In this document: one piece after another, positions 24,250 to 35,972 of the stretch
Numbering within the stretch: position 1 is the first letter of the stretch
Layout: each line of letters starts with the position of its first letter
Source of the DNA: Felis catus
Taxonomy: Eukaryota
Assembly: GCF_018350175.1 (NCBI RefSeq)
Contig: NC_058382.1
Coordinates: 49,416,001 to 49,480,000, forward strand
Direction: 5' to 3'
Length of the DNA: 64,000 nt
The notes under the pieces: generated by a model
What the model was told of the DNA's origin: nothing
Databases searched by the model: none
Seen by the model: only the letters and a program-made list of their open reading frames with translations
Made by a program: the position numbers and the translations under genes

Positions 24250-25870
24250 CCAGGTAGGCGTCTCGAGTAATTTTCATTCTTCCTGGCGTTGCCTTCCCAG
24301 CCCCTTGAACCATCGCCGCCCCTCCTCCCATAGGTGGTTTCCCCTCGATAATTAGCCATTTTCGGGGACTTAAAGAGTGCTTGCTTTGAAAAGACGCCTG
24401 GCTTCTGTTCCTGATACCCCGTGGCTCGGGCCACTCGGGTCACAGGCCGGTCGGGCAGGGTGGGTGGGTGGGTGGGTGGGTGGGGACCTCCCGGGCGTCA
24501 GCGGCCCGGCGCCGCAGGGGCCGCGAAGGGGTTAACCCGGCGGGGGGGAGGGGAGGGGGCGCGGGCCGCGCCTGCGCTCTGCCGCCCTCCATTGTCTCCA
24601 CGGCGGCGAGGAGCGCCGGCGAGCGCAGCCCGGGACCGAGCGGGGCGGAGCGGCTGGCGGGGCCGGCGGCGGCTGGAGCTAGAGCGCGACGCGACGCGAC
24701 CGCGGCTTCCCGAGCTCCGCCTGGCCGCCCAGCGCCGCAGCCCGCCCGAGGCCTGGAGGGGTCCGGGCCGGCGTCCATGGTCGCGGCGACCTGAGGAGGG
24801 GGACGCGCCCGGCGCCCCCAGCCCTCCTCTGCCTCCTCCTGTCCGGCGGGCGGCCTCCTCCGGCGCCTCCCTGCGCCCGCCCGCCGCCTCCCTCCCTCCT
24901 TCCCTGCGGCTCCCCCGGCTTTCGGGAGCCCGGGGGCGGCCTGTGGCGCGCCGAGACCGCGCCGGACTGCGCCTCTTTGGACCTTGAGGGGAAACATGCG
25001 TTTGGCTTGGATCGTTTTAAATTCTTAGTTTGGGATCCCCGCCCGCCTGCCTCTTCCGCCCCGCGGGTTTTCTTTCCTTTTTTCTTTTTTTCCCCTTTTT
25101 TTCCTCCCGGTCTCCTTTTTGACTCCCTCCCCCTTTATGCTCGCCCAACCCTCCCCCCGCTGCTGAGAAGTGGGGGAGGGTCTCGGCCTCCAGGTTCCCG
25201 CCCCACCGGGGCCCGGGCGAGCATGGGGGGCAAGCAGAGCACGGCGGCCCGCTCCCGGGGCCCCTTTCCGGGGGTCTCCACCGATGACAGCGCCGTGCCC
25301 CCGCCGGGAGGGGCGCCCCACTTTGGGCACTATCGGGCGGGCGGCGGGGCCATGGGGCTGCGCAGCCGCTCGGTCAGCTCAGTGGCGGGCATGGGCATGG
25401 ACCCCAGCACGGCCGGAGGGGTGCCCTTTGGCCTCTACACCCCCGCCTCCCGGGGGACAGGCGACTCGGAGAGGGCGCCCGGCGGCGGAGGGTCTGCGTC
25501 CGACTCCACCTATGCCCATGGCAATGGTTACCAGGAGACCGGCGGCGGTCACCATAGAGACGGGATGCTGTACCTAGGCTCCCGAGCCTCGCTGGCGGAT
25601 GCTCTACCTCTGCACATCGCACCCAGGTGGTTCAGCTCGCACAGTGGTGAGTCCGCGGGCGGTGGAGGCCTCGGAGGGTGGAGTGCAAGGGAGGGCGCGT
25701 CGGGGCGCCCCAGACCTTCCGCGCGCTTGCGAAGATTTGGAAATGGAGTGCGCGACCTGGATCTGTCTGCTTTCCCTTTGGTTCCTGGGGATGAATGGGA
25801 TATCTATCCTCTAGAAAAGAGGCTTCCTGCGAGGCTGCGGAGCCGGGCGTATTAGGACTTCAGGCGTTGA
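24250..25870 (+). promoter_or_regulatory. ZNRF1: ZNRF1 CpG island, promoter and long GC-rich 5' UTR
   Basis: Very high CpG density, with GC boxes and G-runs at 24453-24560. The TSS is probably near 24570-24600 (inferred, not shown by the sequence). Confidence 0.85.
25223..25646 (+). CDS. ZNRF1: ZNRF1 coding exon 1 (E3 ubiquitin ligase, zinc and ring finger 1), 424 nt, phase-1 donor
   Basis: agcATGG start encodes MGGKQSTAARSRGPFPGVSTDDSAV...HIAPRWFSSHS(G), the ZNRF1 N-terminal 141 aa. It has the MGxxxS myristoylation motif, RSRSVSS and Tyr103 (NGYQET). Donor GTG|GTGAGT at 25646/25647. The zinc finger and RING exons are not in the window. Confidence 0.97.
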
Positions 25871-28789
25871 TTCACTTGTGGATGAGCAGAGCCAAACCTG
25901 CCTATTGAAGTCCCGTTTATTGGCATCACCATCCTCAGAAAGGAGGTTTTGTCTGGCTTGTAACAAGTCGGCCTCGAGGCTTCCTCTCTGTCACTGCAGC
26001 ATTGTGCCTGCCTCACCGTTAGCAGCGAGGGGGATCCACTTTGACCAAGCAGTGTCTCTCGAACAAAGAGTGTGAAAAGAGAGAAAATTGGGGGCAAGTG
26101 TTGTTTGGATTAGGGCTCTCACTTTCGCTGGGAGAAGGGGGTGCCCAGTTTTGCCAGTCTCCTGCTGGAGATCCGTTTGAATTGGTAAAAATGGAGCAGC
26201 CGGAAGGCTGCTGGCATATAGACAGGTGTGGCCTGCTGAATGGAGGGCCTAGCCAGGGAACCTCCCTCTGAGGCTTTGCAGGACCTGGGCTCTGGTGGCG
26301 GGTGCTGCATGCAGTAGCTTTGGCTCCATGACTCTCGCATCCCTCCATCTTTTTTCTTCTCCTCCATGCTAAGTGCTAGGTCTTCCTGGTGGTCTGTATC
26401 TTTTCGTAATGGGGAGGCGGCACTTGATTGCCTGGCTGTTGGTACATCACAGGGCAAGAGGCGGATTCAAAGAATCTGGATGAATTCATTTTGTGAACTT
26501 CTGGTGACAGGCCAGCAAAAAGCTGGAGGAGGGTTTCCCAGGCCCTGAGTGGCAGGGCGGAAAAGGCACCGGCAGGAGCTTCTGGAGGAAAACAGGTCTA
26601 TCGGCTCAGCTAACCTGAGAAGCCAGGTTAGGCTTCTAGAAAATTGGTCACGAGGGCGTGGGGCCGCTATTTGCTAATTGGCAAGTTGGAGTGAAGAAGT
26701 TAACGTATTCAGACTTCTTTGAGAGAGTGAAGAAAATCTAGGTATTGTGTAGAAAGAAGAAAGATTGCTTTCTGGAGGATGTGTCTATTGGATCGCTGTT
26801 CTAGCTATGGTTGAAATAGGGTAGACTTTTGGAATCTTTTAATTTCTGGTAATAGGTTGGCTTTTGGTTCAGTTCTATAAACTTTAATTTGTGAAGTAAT
26901 TTTTTGAGGGGGAAATAGTGACTGACTTAGGGTACCACTTGCAAGTGGCTTTTGAATTGCTAAAATGGTATGTTAGTCCCTGAACAGACCTCTAGATATC
27001 ATTGGAGCTTCCTCGACCTGCATCAGTCTCCTGCTCTGAATGAGATGCAAGGTGTGACTGCTTTGGGCACTTCGAGACATTGATCATTTTTAGACATGTT
27101 GAAATTAAAATTTTTTTCTCCACAAAATTTGGTCCAGAAAGACTTAGCTATAGTTGTGAGATGACGGTGGTTAAGTTTTTGAAAGAACCGTCATTAGTAT
27201 CCGATTTTAAACTGAAAAACACTGTAAGAAGATTCTCTCTAAAATCACAGAATTTTGTGTGTTGCAAAACAAATGTAATGTTATATAGACCCTTGTCTGG
27301 GAAAGGAGTTTGCATTTGGCTAAAATTTCTTATCTGTCTCTTACTAGAAACTTCATTTCCTTATTCCACCTGGTACCAGGTTCCATGTTGGAGTTAAGAG
27401 CTTACAGTTGGATTCCAAAATTTCAGACTCTTCAGCTGTAAAACCTGAGTTTAATTTTTTTCATCCAGCTGTGGTGAGGGTAGGAAGAGCCACTGAACCA
27501 TGAGAATACAGGAAAAATTGGGGCATATTAATCCCTTTGGGATTGATAATAAAGTGTGTGTGAGGCTGCTCCTAATATTTTGGGTAATACCTTCTTTTTT
27601 GAAATTATTTATACACCCCCCGCACACACACATATATGTGGTTTAAAGTAATCTTTATGCCCAACTCATGCTCTATGGAATGAGCCAGTCAGGTGCCTCA
27701 GGTAAGAAATTCCTTGTAGGACCGTCCTGTCCTTTTGTAAGACATGGCCTGCCTTACATGCCTACGACGTGCCTCCGCAAAGTTTCCAAATGCTCAAGTG
27801 GGGGCGGGGGGGGGGGGCATCACCCTGATTGAAAGCCACCGCTTTAGGAATTCATTGTTTTATTCAAAATTAAATCATCAATTTTTCCTTTGCAGTTCAC
27901 TTGATGTGAACCTTCATATTTCCACTTTTGTGCAATGGTGGTTCTGTCTCACTTTCCGGAACAGGCCACAGGATCTTCCTTCCAGGACATCCTTTTCCTC
28001 TCTCGTTTATTGCTGTAAGAGGAGAAACTTGTTTCTATTTTGGAGCTTTTGAGTAAGGTCCAAGCGCTTTTTGCTCTTGTGTCACAAGAGTGGAAGCGTA
28101 AGGATTTCAGTGCACAATTGAGTAGATGCCTGGAAGTTGATGCGATGTTGTTGCTTGTGTTTTTAAGGTGCTTTTGGAACTCTTCATGGGCACAGAAAAC
28201 AGTTGTCAGTGAAATAAGTAGGGGAGCTCAATGTACACGAAGCTTCCTCAGAGAGAGTGAGCTGATGTTGTATCTGGAGGTCGGATACTGGGGTCTCGGC
28301 CCCTCCTGGGAGTAGCTATGACCTTGGGTAAGACACATCACCTCTCTTGAGCCTCATCTTTGTTATTTTTAAAATAGATGTGGAAATCTTTGGCAGTCAG
28401 CCTGTAAAGGTTGTTCCCGAAAGCCTGTGAGGATACGTAGCCGTCGCATCTGTTCCTACACTTCCCCAGGTTGTGACCCTTATAATTGGAAGGCTTTTCC
28501 TTCCATTCTGTACATGGGATAGCTCTTTCTGGTCCCTTCGAGTTCTACTTAAATTTCTCCTCAGAGGCCACTCTTAAAAATTGCCTCCCTCATGTTAATC
28601 TCTCCGGTGACTCACCTATTACCTTAACAGCACTTAACACACTTTATAAGTGTTTTATTTATCCTTTTAGTTTTTCTGTTTAGTTTGAGTCTTAAGCTTC
28701 ATGAGAGCAGGGCTGTGCCTCTTGCTCACTGTTGTCTCTCTTGCGCTGTGTGTGCCTGGCACAAATACTTCTCGAGTGAATGAATTGGA

Positions 28790-29260
28790 GTGCCCCGTGT
28801 CCATCATCTCTTTTAATTGCCACAACAATTCTAAGAGGTGGGCGTTTTTATTCCCATTTTACAGGTGAGGAGCCTGAGATACAGGACGAGGGTGAGGAGC
28901 CTCCACAAGGTCAAATAGCTAAGAGGTGGCAGCGCTGGGATTGGAATGTAGGTGTCCCGTGTGAGAACCTGGGCTCCTGACCATTACACTCCACGGCCTG
29001 TCATCCTGAAACACCGGGAAGCTGGGTAGTGTACTGGAAATTGTACTGGCCTGCGAGTCACAGGGCTAGGCTCATCTGCTGGTTGCACTGCGAGTTAACT
29101 GCCTGACTTGTGACCGTGGGCAAGTGAGTCATTTAGCCTCAGAGTCACCATTTTGTCACCTGTAAGGTGGAGATAACACCTGTCCTGCTTACCTTTCAGA
29201 GTCATGGTGGGGGTCTCATGAGACAGTGTTTACAAAAGCCAAATAACATACAAAAGGAAG
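28790..29260. mobile_element. MIR fragments (minus at about 28790-29000, plus at about 29020-29260)
   Basis: cccattttacaggtgaggagcctgag and gtgaccgtgggcaagtgagtcatttagcctcag cores. Confidence 0.6.
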
Positions 29261-30549
29261 GTGGTGTTCCTGTAGGGGCACTTCTCTGATAGTTCTCTGC
29301 CTCTCATCGCTGCAGAATTTGCTGGGCAGAGAGATTTAGAACTGTGTGAACTGTTTCTCCAGAATGGAAGCTAGTGCTCTCTATTGAAATCTGACCTACA
29401 TCGACAGGCCGTTGATAATAATGAATGCCATTGAGAAGAGCTGCTTTATAAGACGAGAGTTAGTGTCCCTTTCTTTCCACATTAAAATGTAAATTTTGCT
29501 TTAAGGTGTTTAACCCCCTAGTGGTTTTCTGGGTGGTGTTCTGGAGGTCTGGTCATTCTTTTTTGGTGGTGCTGTTGATCTCAGAACATGGATTACTGGA
29601 TGTTGGGGGGAAACATAGAGGGTCCACCATGTTAGAAGGAAGAGGTTGCCTATTTTCTGGGTCCTGCTATAAAATGGTCACTGAGGGTTTCAATCCAGCT
29701 TCTTAGCCATGTGCACGTACACATGTGCATATTCAGAAAAATCTCAACTGTTCTCTGTTGTCACCAAGTCTTCGACTGGGGCTGATAGAAGGTAACTTTT
29801 GATAAATCTTTGAACGTGCTAGCAGGATATCTCATGGATTCTATTTTGCCACCATGCTGGCGTTCTCAAGTGATTTAATTGTCTCTTCTTAAATAATTAA
29901 AGAGAGTTGCCAACCCTATTGGAGTGGATCAGACAGCCTCCCTGTGCCTCACCATAGGTGTGCGAGAGGTCATGGTCCTTTACATGGTTTCTGGGGAAGG
30001 AAAGCATTCTGTGGTCTTCAAAGACCATGATGGCTCTCCTGCTCTGCAAAAGTTCTATTCTTAATGAAAATTTTTCAGTAAAGCACAGTTTTTAGTTCTT
30101 TGTTACCATGAGGGCTTATTTTCTATCAAGTAAAAAAAGTTCCCTTGAGAAGCTGATGATTCCTTGAAGGTCACAGTCAACTCTTCCTCATTGAGGTTTG
30201 AAGGGTGTTGGAAGAAACAGTGGTTTCACTCTTAAAGTGTTTGTTTTATGGGACGTGTACATTTTGCTATTAAACAAAGACATACCCCAAATATGTCATA
30301 AGGAATACTCTGAGCCAGGCCACTCCGCACCAGAGAAATACACCTCTAGTTCCTTTTGGGAAAAGGAACATGCTTTGTATTTTACAAATGTGATATTCAA
30401 CCCAAGCTTATTGGGCACTAACATTTTGGCAAATCTGGTTATAAAACTAAATTTCGATTTTGACAGTTTCAGAATTGGAAACAAATTCATAGAGCAGTGG
30501 TGGTAACTAAATGGACGAGTCTCATTTCTGCTTACCCTTAAATAGTTTT

Positions 30550-30623
30550 TTTGTTTTTAATATATATTTTTTAAGTTTATTTATTTGAGAGAGGCAGAGA
30601 CAACATGAGTATGGGAGGGGCAC

Positions 30624-30654
<31 letters not shown>

Positions 30655-31109
30655 ATCCCAAGCAGGCTCTGCACCGTCAGTGCAGAGTCTAATGCGGGGC
30701 TCAAACCCACCAAACCATAAGATCATGACCTGAGCTGAAACTGAGAGTTGGGCACTTAACTGATGAGCCACCCAGGCGCCCCTAAAATAGGGGTGTTTTT
30801 AATGATAGTGGGTCACTGAGATTATAGTACTAGAATCTCAAAGTTAGCTCAAAACCTAAACCCTAATCCCAGTCTTTTAGAATGTTAGAGGAGTATAAAT
30901 TCCCATCTGTTTCTTTTCTAAGCTTTGTCATGGCCTAGTGTGTATCAGACTGTCTCTAGTGATTACTGTGGGTACAGGCTTGAATATGAAAAGGGACTTC
31001 TCAGAGACCCAGCAGTTTTCACTTCTGAATCTTCTTTTCTCATAAGAACAAAGGTTTATCCTTGAATGCAACAGTTGGGTTCCTGGTTGTTGTTGTGGTT
31101 AAGTTTATT

Positions 31110-31157
<48 letters not shown>

Positions 31158-31653
31158 ACGAGTGGGGTAGGGGCAGAGAGAGAGGTAGAGAGAATTCTAA
31201 GCAGGCTCCATGCTGTCAGCACAGAGCCCAACGCAGGGCTGCAACTCATGAACTGTGAGGTCATGAGTCTAAGGCTTAACTGACTGAGCCATCCAGGTGC
31301 CCCAGGGTTCCTGGTCTTGATATTTGAGGGGTGAGTTGTAGGTATGATTGAATAACCTGAAGACCAACAACCTTCAAGTGAGAAGTAAATAAAGAGCCAA
31401 GTTTAGTCTTTTTTAAAAATCTTTTAAAAAATGTTTATCTTTTTTTAATGTTTATTTATTTATTTTTGAAAGAGAGAGTTTGCGAACTTGAGCCGGGGAG
31501 AGGCAAAGAGAGAGGGAGACAGAGAATCCCAAGCAGGCTCTGTGCTGCGGGCTCAGAACCTGACATGGGGCTCGATCCCAATATACTGTGAGATCATGAC
31601 CTGAGCCAAAACCAAGAGTCAGACGCTTAACCGCCTGAGCGACCCAGGTGCCC
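30550..31653 (-). mobile_element. Three separate minus-strand CanSINEs (30550-30782, 31085-31302, 31440-31653)
   Basis: Three reverse-complement SINE bodies with (GA)n tracts. TSD GGGTTCCTGGT around the second. Confidence 0.9.
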
Positions 31654-31914
31654 TGAGCCAGGTTTAATCTTAAAGCAGCAGCTGGGGTAGCTTCTCTCTT
31701 GATGAGACTGTTTACAGTGAGTTCTCCCTGGAGTTGTTAGAAGTGACAGTACAGCCTTCCTCTGCTGGAAGTAAAGAGGAAGGGGGAATTCCCTGAGTCC
31801 CTGTAAACACCAAGTTAAAGGAGGCATTATAATTTCTAGTGTCCTCTTTGGGTCTATAACAAGAAGGAGGCAGACATAAACAAGCTCCCCTGATTTCTGT
31901 GAATGGTTCAAAGG

Positions 31915-32050
31915 GTTTTCAAACTTGACTCTGCCCAGTATTCTCTAGGGGGTTTGTTAACAGTGCAGATGACTGGACCTCACTCCCAGAATTCAGTGGA
32001 GCTAAGGAGAGACCCAAGAATCTAAATTTGTAACAAATGATTCTGAAAAT
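31915..32050. mobile_element. MER5-like hAT MITE fragment
   Basis: tttcaaacttg...gcagatgactggacctcactcccagaattc...acccaagaatctaaatttgtaacaa. Confidence 0.55.
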
Positions 32051-35000
32051 TCTCTTCCCAGAGAAAGAACTCTAAATGCTTTTTTTTGGTGCACTCATTA
32101 GCATGCTTCTCAATATTACTAAACGGATCAAGTATCTCCTAAGCAGGATCCATACAAATGTTTCTTTCACCTGCTCCCAGAGGGTAGCGTCACCCAGCAA
32201 GAGCATTGCTCATTGTTGGACGGTTTTCTTTTACATGGAACTAAGCATTTTTCTCCAGGAGAGAGCCGTGAGCCCGGCTGCCTTGGTCCTGAGAATTGAA
32301 GTTGCTCAGAACAGAAGAGAGTTGTGGCAATGTCTCCTTTCCTTCTGTGCTTGTCTTCCCCCTGATTTTCATTCTAAGGCACAGCTGCCTTTGGCTGCTT
32401 GTGCTATTGAAGGGCTTATGGAGCTGTATCCTCTTTTATGTATCCCCGGCCAGCAGCTAGACAAGTCAAGATCCTAGAATGAATCCAAACTTTAGATGGA
32501 CAAAATACCTATTTTTCCTTTTCTCTTGCAGACCCAAAGGTAGGAGACTTTTTGAGTGTGCGTATGGAGATCTGTTGCACTAAGACATTTATTTATTCAC
32601 TTGGTATTTATTGAGTGCCTCCAGTATACTAGGACCTGTGTCAGGTGGTGGGAAGGTATGTTCATTACAAGACTGATTAGCATTACTTTGTTATTTCTAA
32701 GGATCTTTGCTTCCTTACTCCGTAAGAGAGAGTCTGAATATTGCAGCTTATGGGACATTTTCCCTTCTTCCTCGGTTTTTCTCTTGGATGAACAAATTCA
32801 AGGTTTTGTCCACGAGGCTGCTACATGGATGGTATTTCCTCCTTACTCTTCACTGATACTCTTAATTCTTTCCTAAACCCTGTTTCAGGGCTAGAGTAGG
32901 CGATCATTTCTTTGCAGTTCTAGTCAAGTGCTTGTTAAAAATTCCTCCTATATCCTAATACAAGTGGTCCTTTATCTTCTCAAAGAGAATATCAAAAGGA
33001 AAAACTGTTTTTCAGGCTCTTCATGTGTATATTTGGCTTCAGTATCTTTGTCGTCCCTAGGGCCACTTTTCTTTCTGGTCATTGAAAACTGTTTTCTAGA
33101 AGCATGATCCACCACTTTAGTAATCTTGTCTCTATAAAATTTATCCCAAGCCACAAATACCCATAAGGAAATATGAGGAACAGTTTTAACCCTTGTATGT
33201 CTCTGAGCTCCAGACACTGTTGATACTCAGTGCTATTTTAAGTGATTTTTAAAGCCTTGTTTATGGTAGCCAACATTGGTGACCAAATGTCCTCCTCACC
33301 TCCCCCAAATGATTATTAAGTGTGTGTTATAGTCAAGTATTTTTTTGCTGAGAGTAAAGGGTTTTAAAAAAAGTGCTCCATGCTCAGAGACTTAATGTGG
33401 ACTTTAGCTCTAAGAGGGTGCCTTGATTTTTGGAGAAACCTCACCTTGTATTTAGGAATTATGCAGTCATCTTTATCTTAGTGAATTAGACTTGTCGTAG
33501 CTTGGCTCCAGCTTTCTCCCCGGTAGTACCTTTAGCCCTCTAAAAGTATAATTAAATAAGTCATACCTCACAAGAAGTTGTTCTAAAATTGGTCACCTCT
33601 GCTGTACAATGTCTTTTAAGGTCAAAGTTGATTTGTTAGCATGCGGGAGAAACTTAAATCTGGAGTCTCCCAATGATTTGGGACAGAGGTAGGAGAACCC
33701 AAAACCCTAGACCCCAGCCATTTTGGTCATTTTGCCCACATTGCTCAACTCTCTGGAGATATTTGCACTTGTTTCTTCTTCAGTAACCCTTTTTCTCCTG
33801 CTAAGAGGGTGCTTTTCCTTAGGGAGGGCCATTAGAATTCTTTTATCCCGCCACTTGCCTAAGTACTCTGGGAATCCTACAAGGATTTGAGGGAGTCCTT
33901 GGGATTCCAACTCAAACCAATGAAGTACTTGACTACCATAAATATTAACTTTCTGTGCAATTGTTCTCTTCTACTTAGATCATTTACACTTTTAACGCCC
34001 ACTAAGATATAATGCCATCTAAGTCAGCTTTCCAGAGAAACTTTGTTAGAATGCCACTCACTACTATAACAAGCATGTGCACCATATATTATTAGTTTTC
34101 CTCAGTCCTGGTCAGATCTGACTAAAATATTCATACCATTGCAGCCGGTTGCCCTAGAGAACTCTGGCAAGTCTAATACCTGTGGTGAGGGCTGGCTTGC
34201 ACACTAGCTGCCTTCCACCTTAATATCTGACCAGCCCAGTCTTGTTGGCTGTGTTTAATTCATCTATTCCCTACCTCCTCTCTCGGCCCGGAGGCCAAGT
34301 GCAACATAAAAGGATGGCGAATCTAAGCATCTGCAGTATTTTGAGGTATAGGAATCGCCTATGAAGTGGCAGACCTTTGAGAAATAGTATTGTGAGCTGT
34401 TCTGTTTTTGCTGTGGCTTTGGAAAACCTTTGGATTCTTCTACTGAAAATTTGTTTGAAAAAAAAATCTTTTTAATGAAACAGTGTGAGTCACAAAGCAG
34501 CCACTCCTTCTCATAATAGCATTTCTCACCAGGGGAATTTTTGGTAGCTGTTGGGGGAGGGATTTGAGTAGGTTGTGGATGATAAATCCCTGGGTAGAAC
34601 ATAACCAGAGGCTGCCATATCAGAACTCTGGTGCTTTCCATGCTGACAGTGAGCCCTGAATTCAAAGTGCAGGACAGCAGAATAGAATGGGGAGGACTGT
34701 GCTCAGTGAATAGCCACAGTAGCATGACCAATGAGATTGGAGTTTGACATTCAAACTCAGTTCATTAAAACACCTTTGTAGTGTGAAAGGATCATGAAAC
34801 TGAGGCCTTGGGTCAGAGGCCCTGAGGCCAATTTACAGGAAGAGCATCACTTTTCTTGTTAAGGGAAGGCTGTGGACCTAATGATGAGAATGTAAGAGTC
34901 ACAAGTGTGCCTCCTTTTTCTATATTGTGAAATGGTGCCATGGCACTTGACACTGACCATGAGACTACTTTGCAAGGAGACGATTCATGTGAGGTCATCT

Positions 35001-35709
35001 GTGCTCTTAAGATTTTAGGTCTAATAAAGTGTTTAGAACGACACCCAAAGTGAACACATTATACAGCCAGCCCTCTGTAGGATGTTGAAAAGGATACGCT
35101 AGAGATAGTAAGAGTTTAGAACTAGCAAGGATTATGCTATCAGCATCCAGAATGCTATCCTCAACATCTCTGCCCACCCAAATCTGAGTTTTAACTGTTC
35201 TCAACTTCAGTGACTTACAACTCTTCAGTCCTTGTGGCTGAACCAGTCTTATGTAAGCTACAGACAGAGGAAAGTCTGAAAGGTTATTACAACTGTGTTA
35301 AGATTTGCTTTCCTTTGGAAAGTCGTAGCTGTCTCCACTCTGTTTTCCTGGCTTTGTACTTTTCTTCAAAGCCTCTTACCAGTTCTTCCAAGGCCCCAGA
35401 GCTCAAAAAAAGGGGAACAGGAAGTCAGCGTTTGATGCCTAAGAACCAGCAATAGAAAACAAGGCCCAAACAAGGGACTCAGAGGGGGATTTCTGGGCCT
35501 TGAAGCTATCAGGCCTGTAGGATTACAGATCCATCCTTCGGAGATGGCCTTGAAATGAGGAAAGAGCAAGAGGAAACTCTGCTTCCCTGACCGGACTACT
35601 TTTTCTTGGGTGATATGGTGTAGGCTCAACATTTTTAATTGATCCCATAATTACAAAGTATCTTTTGCCTAAGGAGTTTGAAACACTTAAGGTAAAAGTG
35701 ATGGTCACT

Positions 35710-35926
35710 TTTTAAATTGAGTTTTTAATTTTAATTCCAGTGTAGTTAACATACAGTGTTACATTAGTTTCAGGTATACAATGTAGTGATTCCATGCATC
35801 ACCCAGTGCCCATAATGATGAGTATACTCTTAATCTCCGTCCCCTATTTTAACCACCCCCGCCACCCACCTCCTCTCTGATAACCATCAGTTTGTTCTCT
35901 AATATTAAAGGGTCTATTTCTTGGTT

Positions 35927-35972
<46 letters not shown>

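Noticed and set aside
24069..24997. Arg/Pro/Gly/Ala-rich ORFs of 108-188 aa on both strands
   Set aside because: Typical GC-island artefacts with no recognisable domain.
24977..25855. 292-aa ORF as a single-exon protein
   Set aside because: It is ZNRF1 exon 1 plus a TTG-started leader and read-through past the GTGAGT donor at 25647. Only 25223-25646 matches the known protein.
34264..34731. 155-aa minus-strand ORF in non-repeat intron sequence (similarly 1283-1726 and 32076-32477)
   Set aside because: No recognisable homology or exon structure. The lengths are compatible with chance in 64 kb over six frames.
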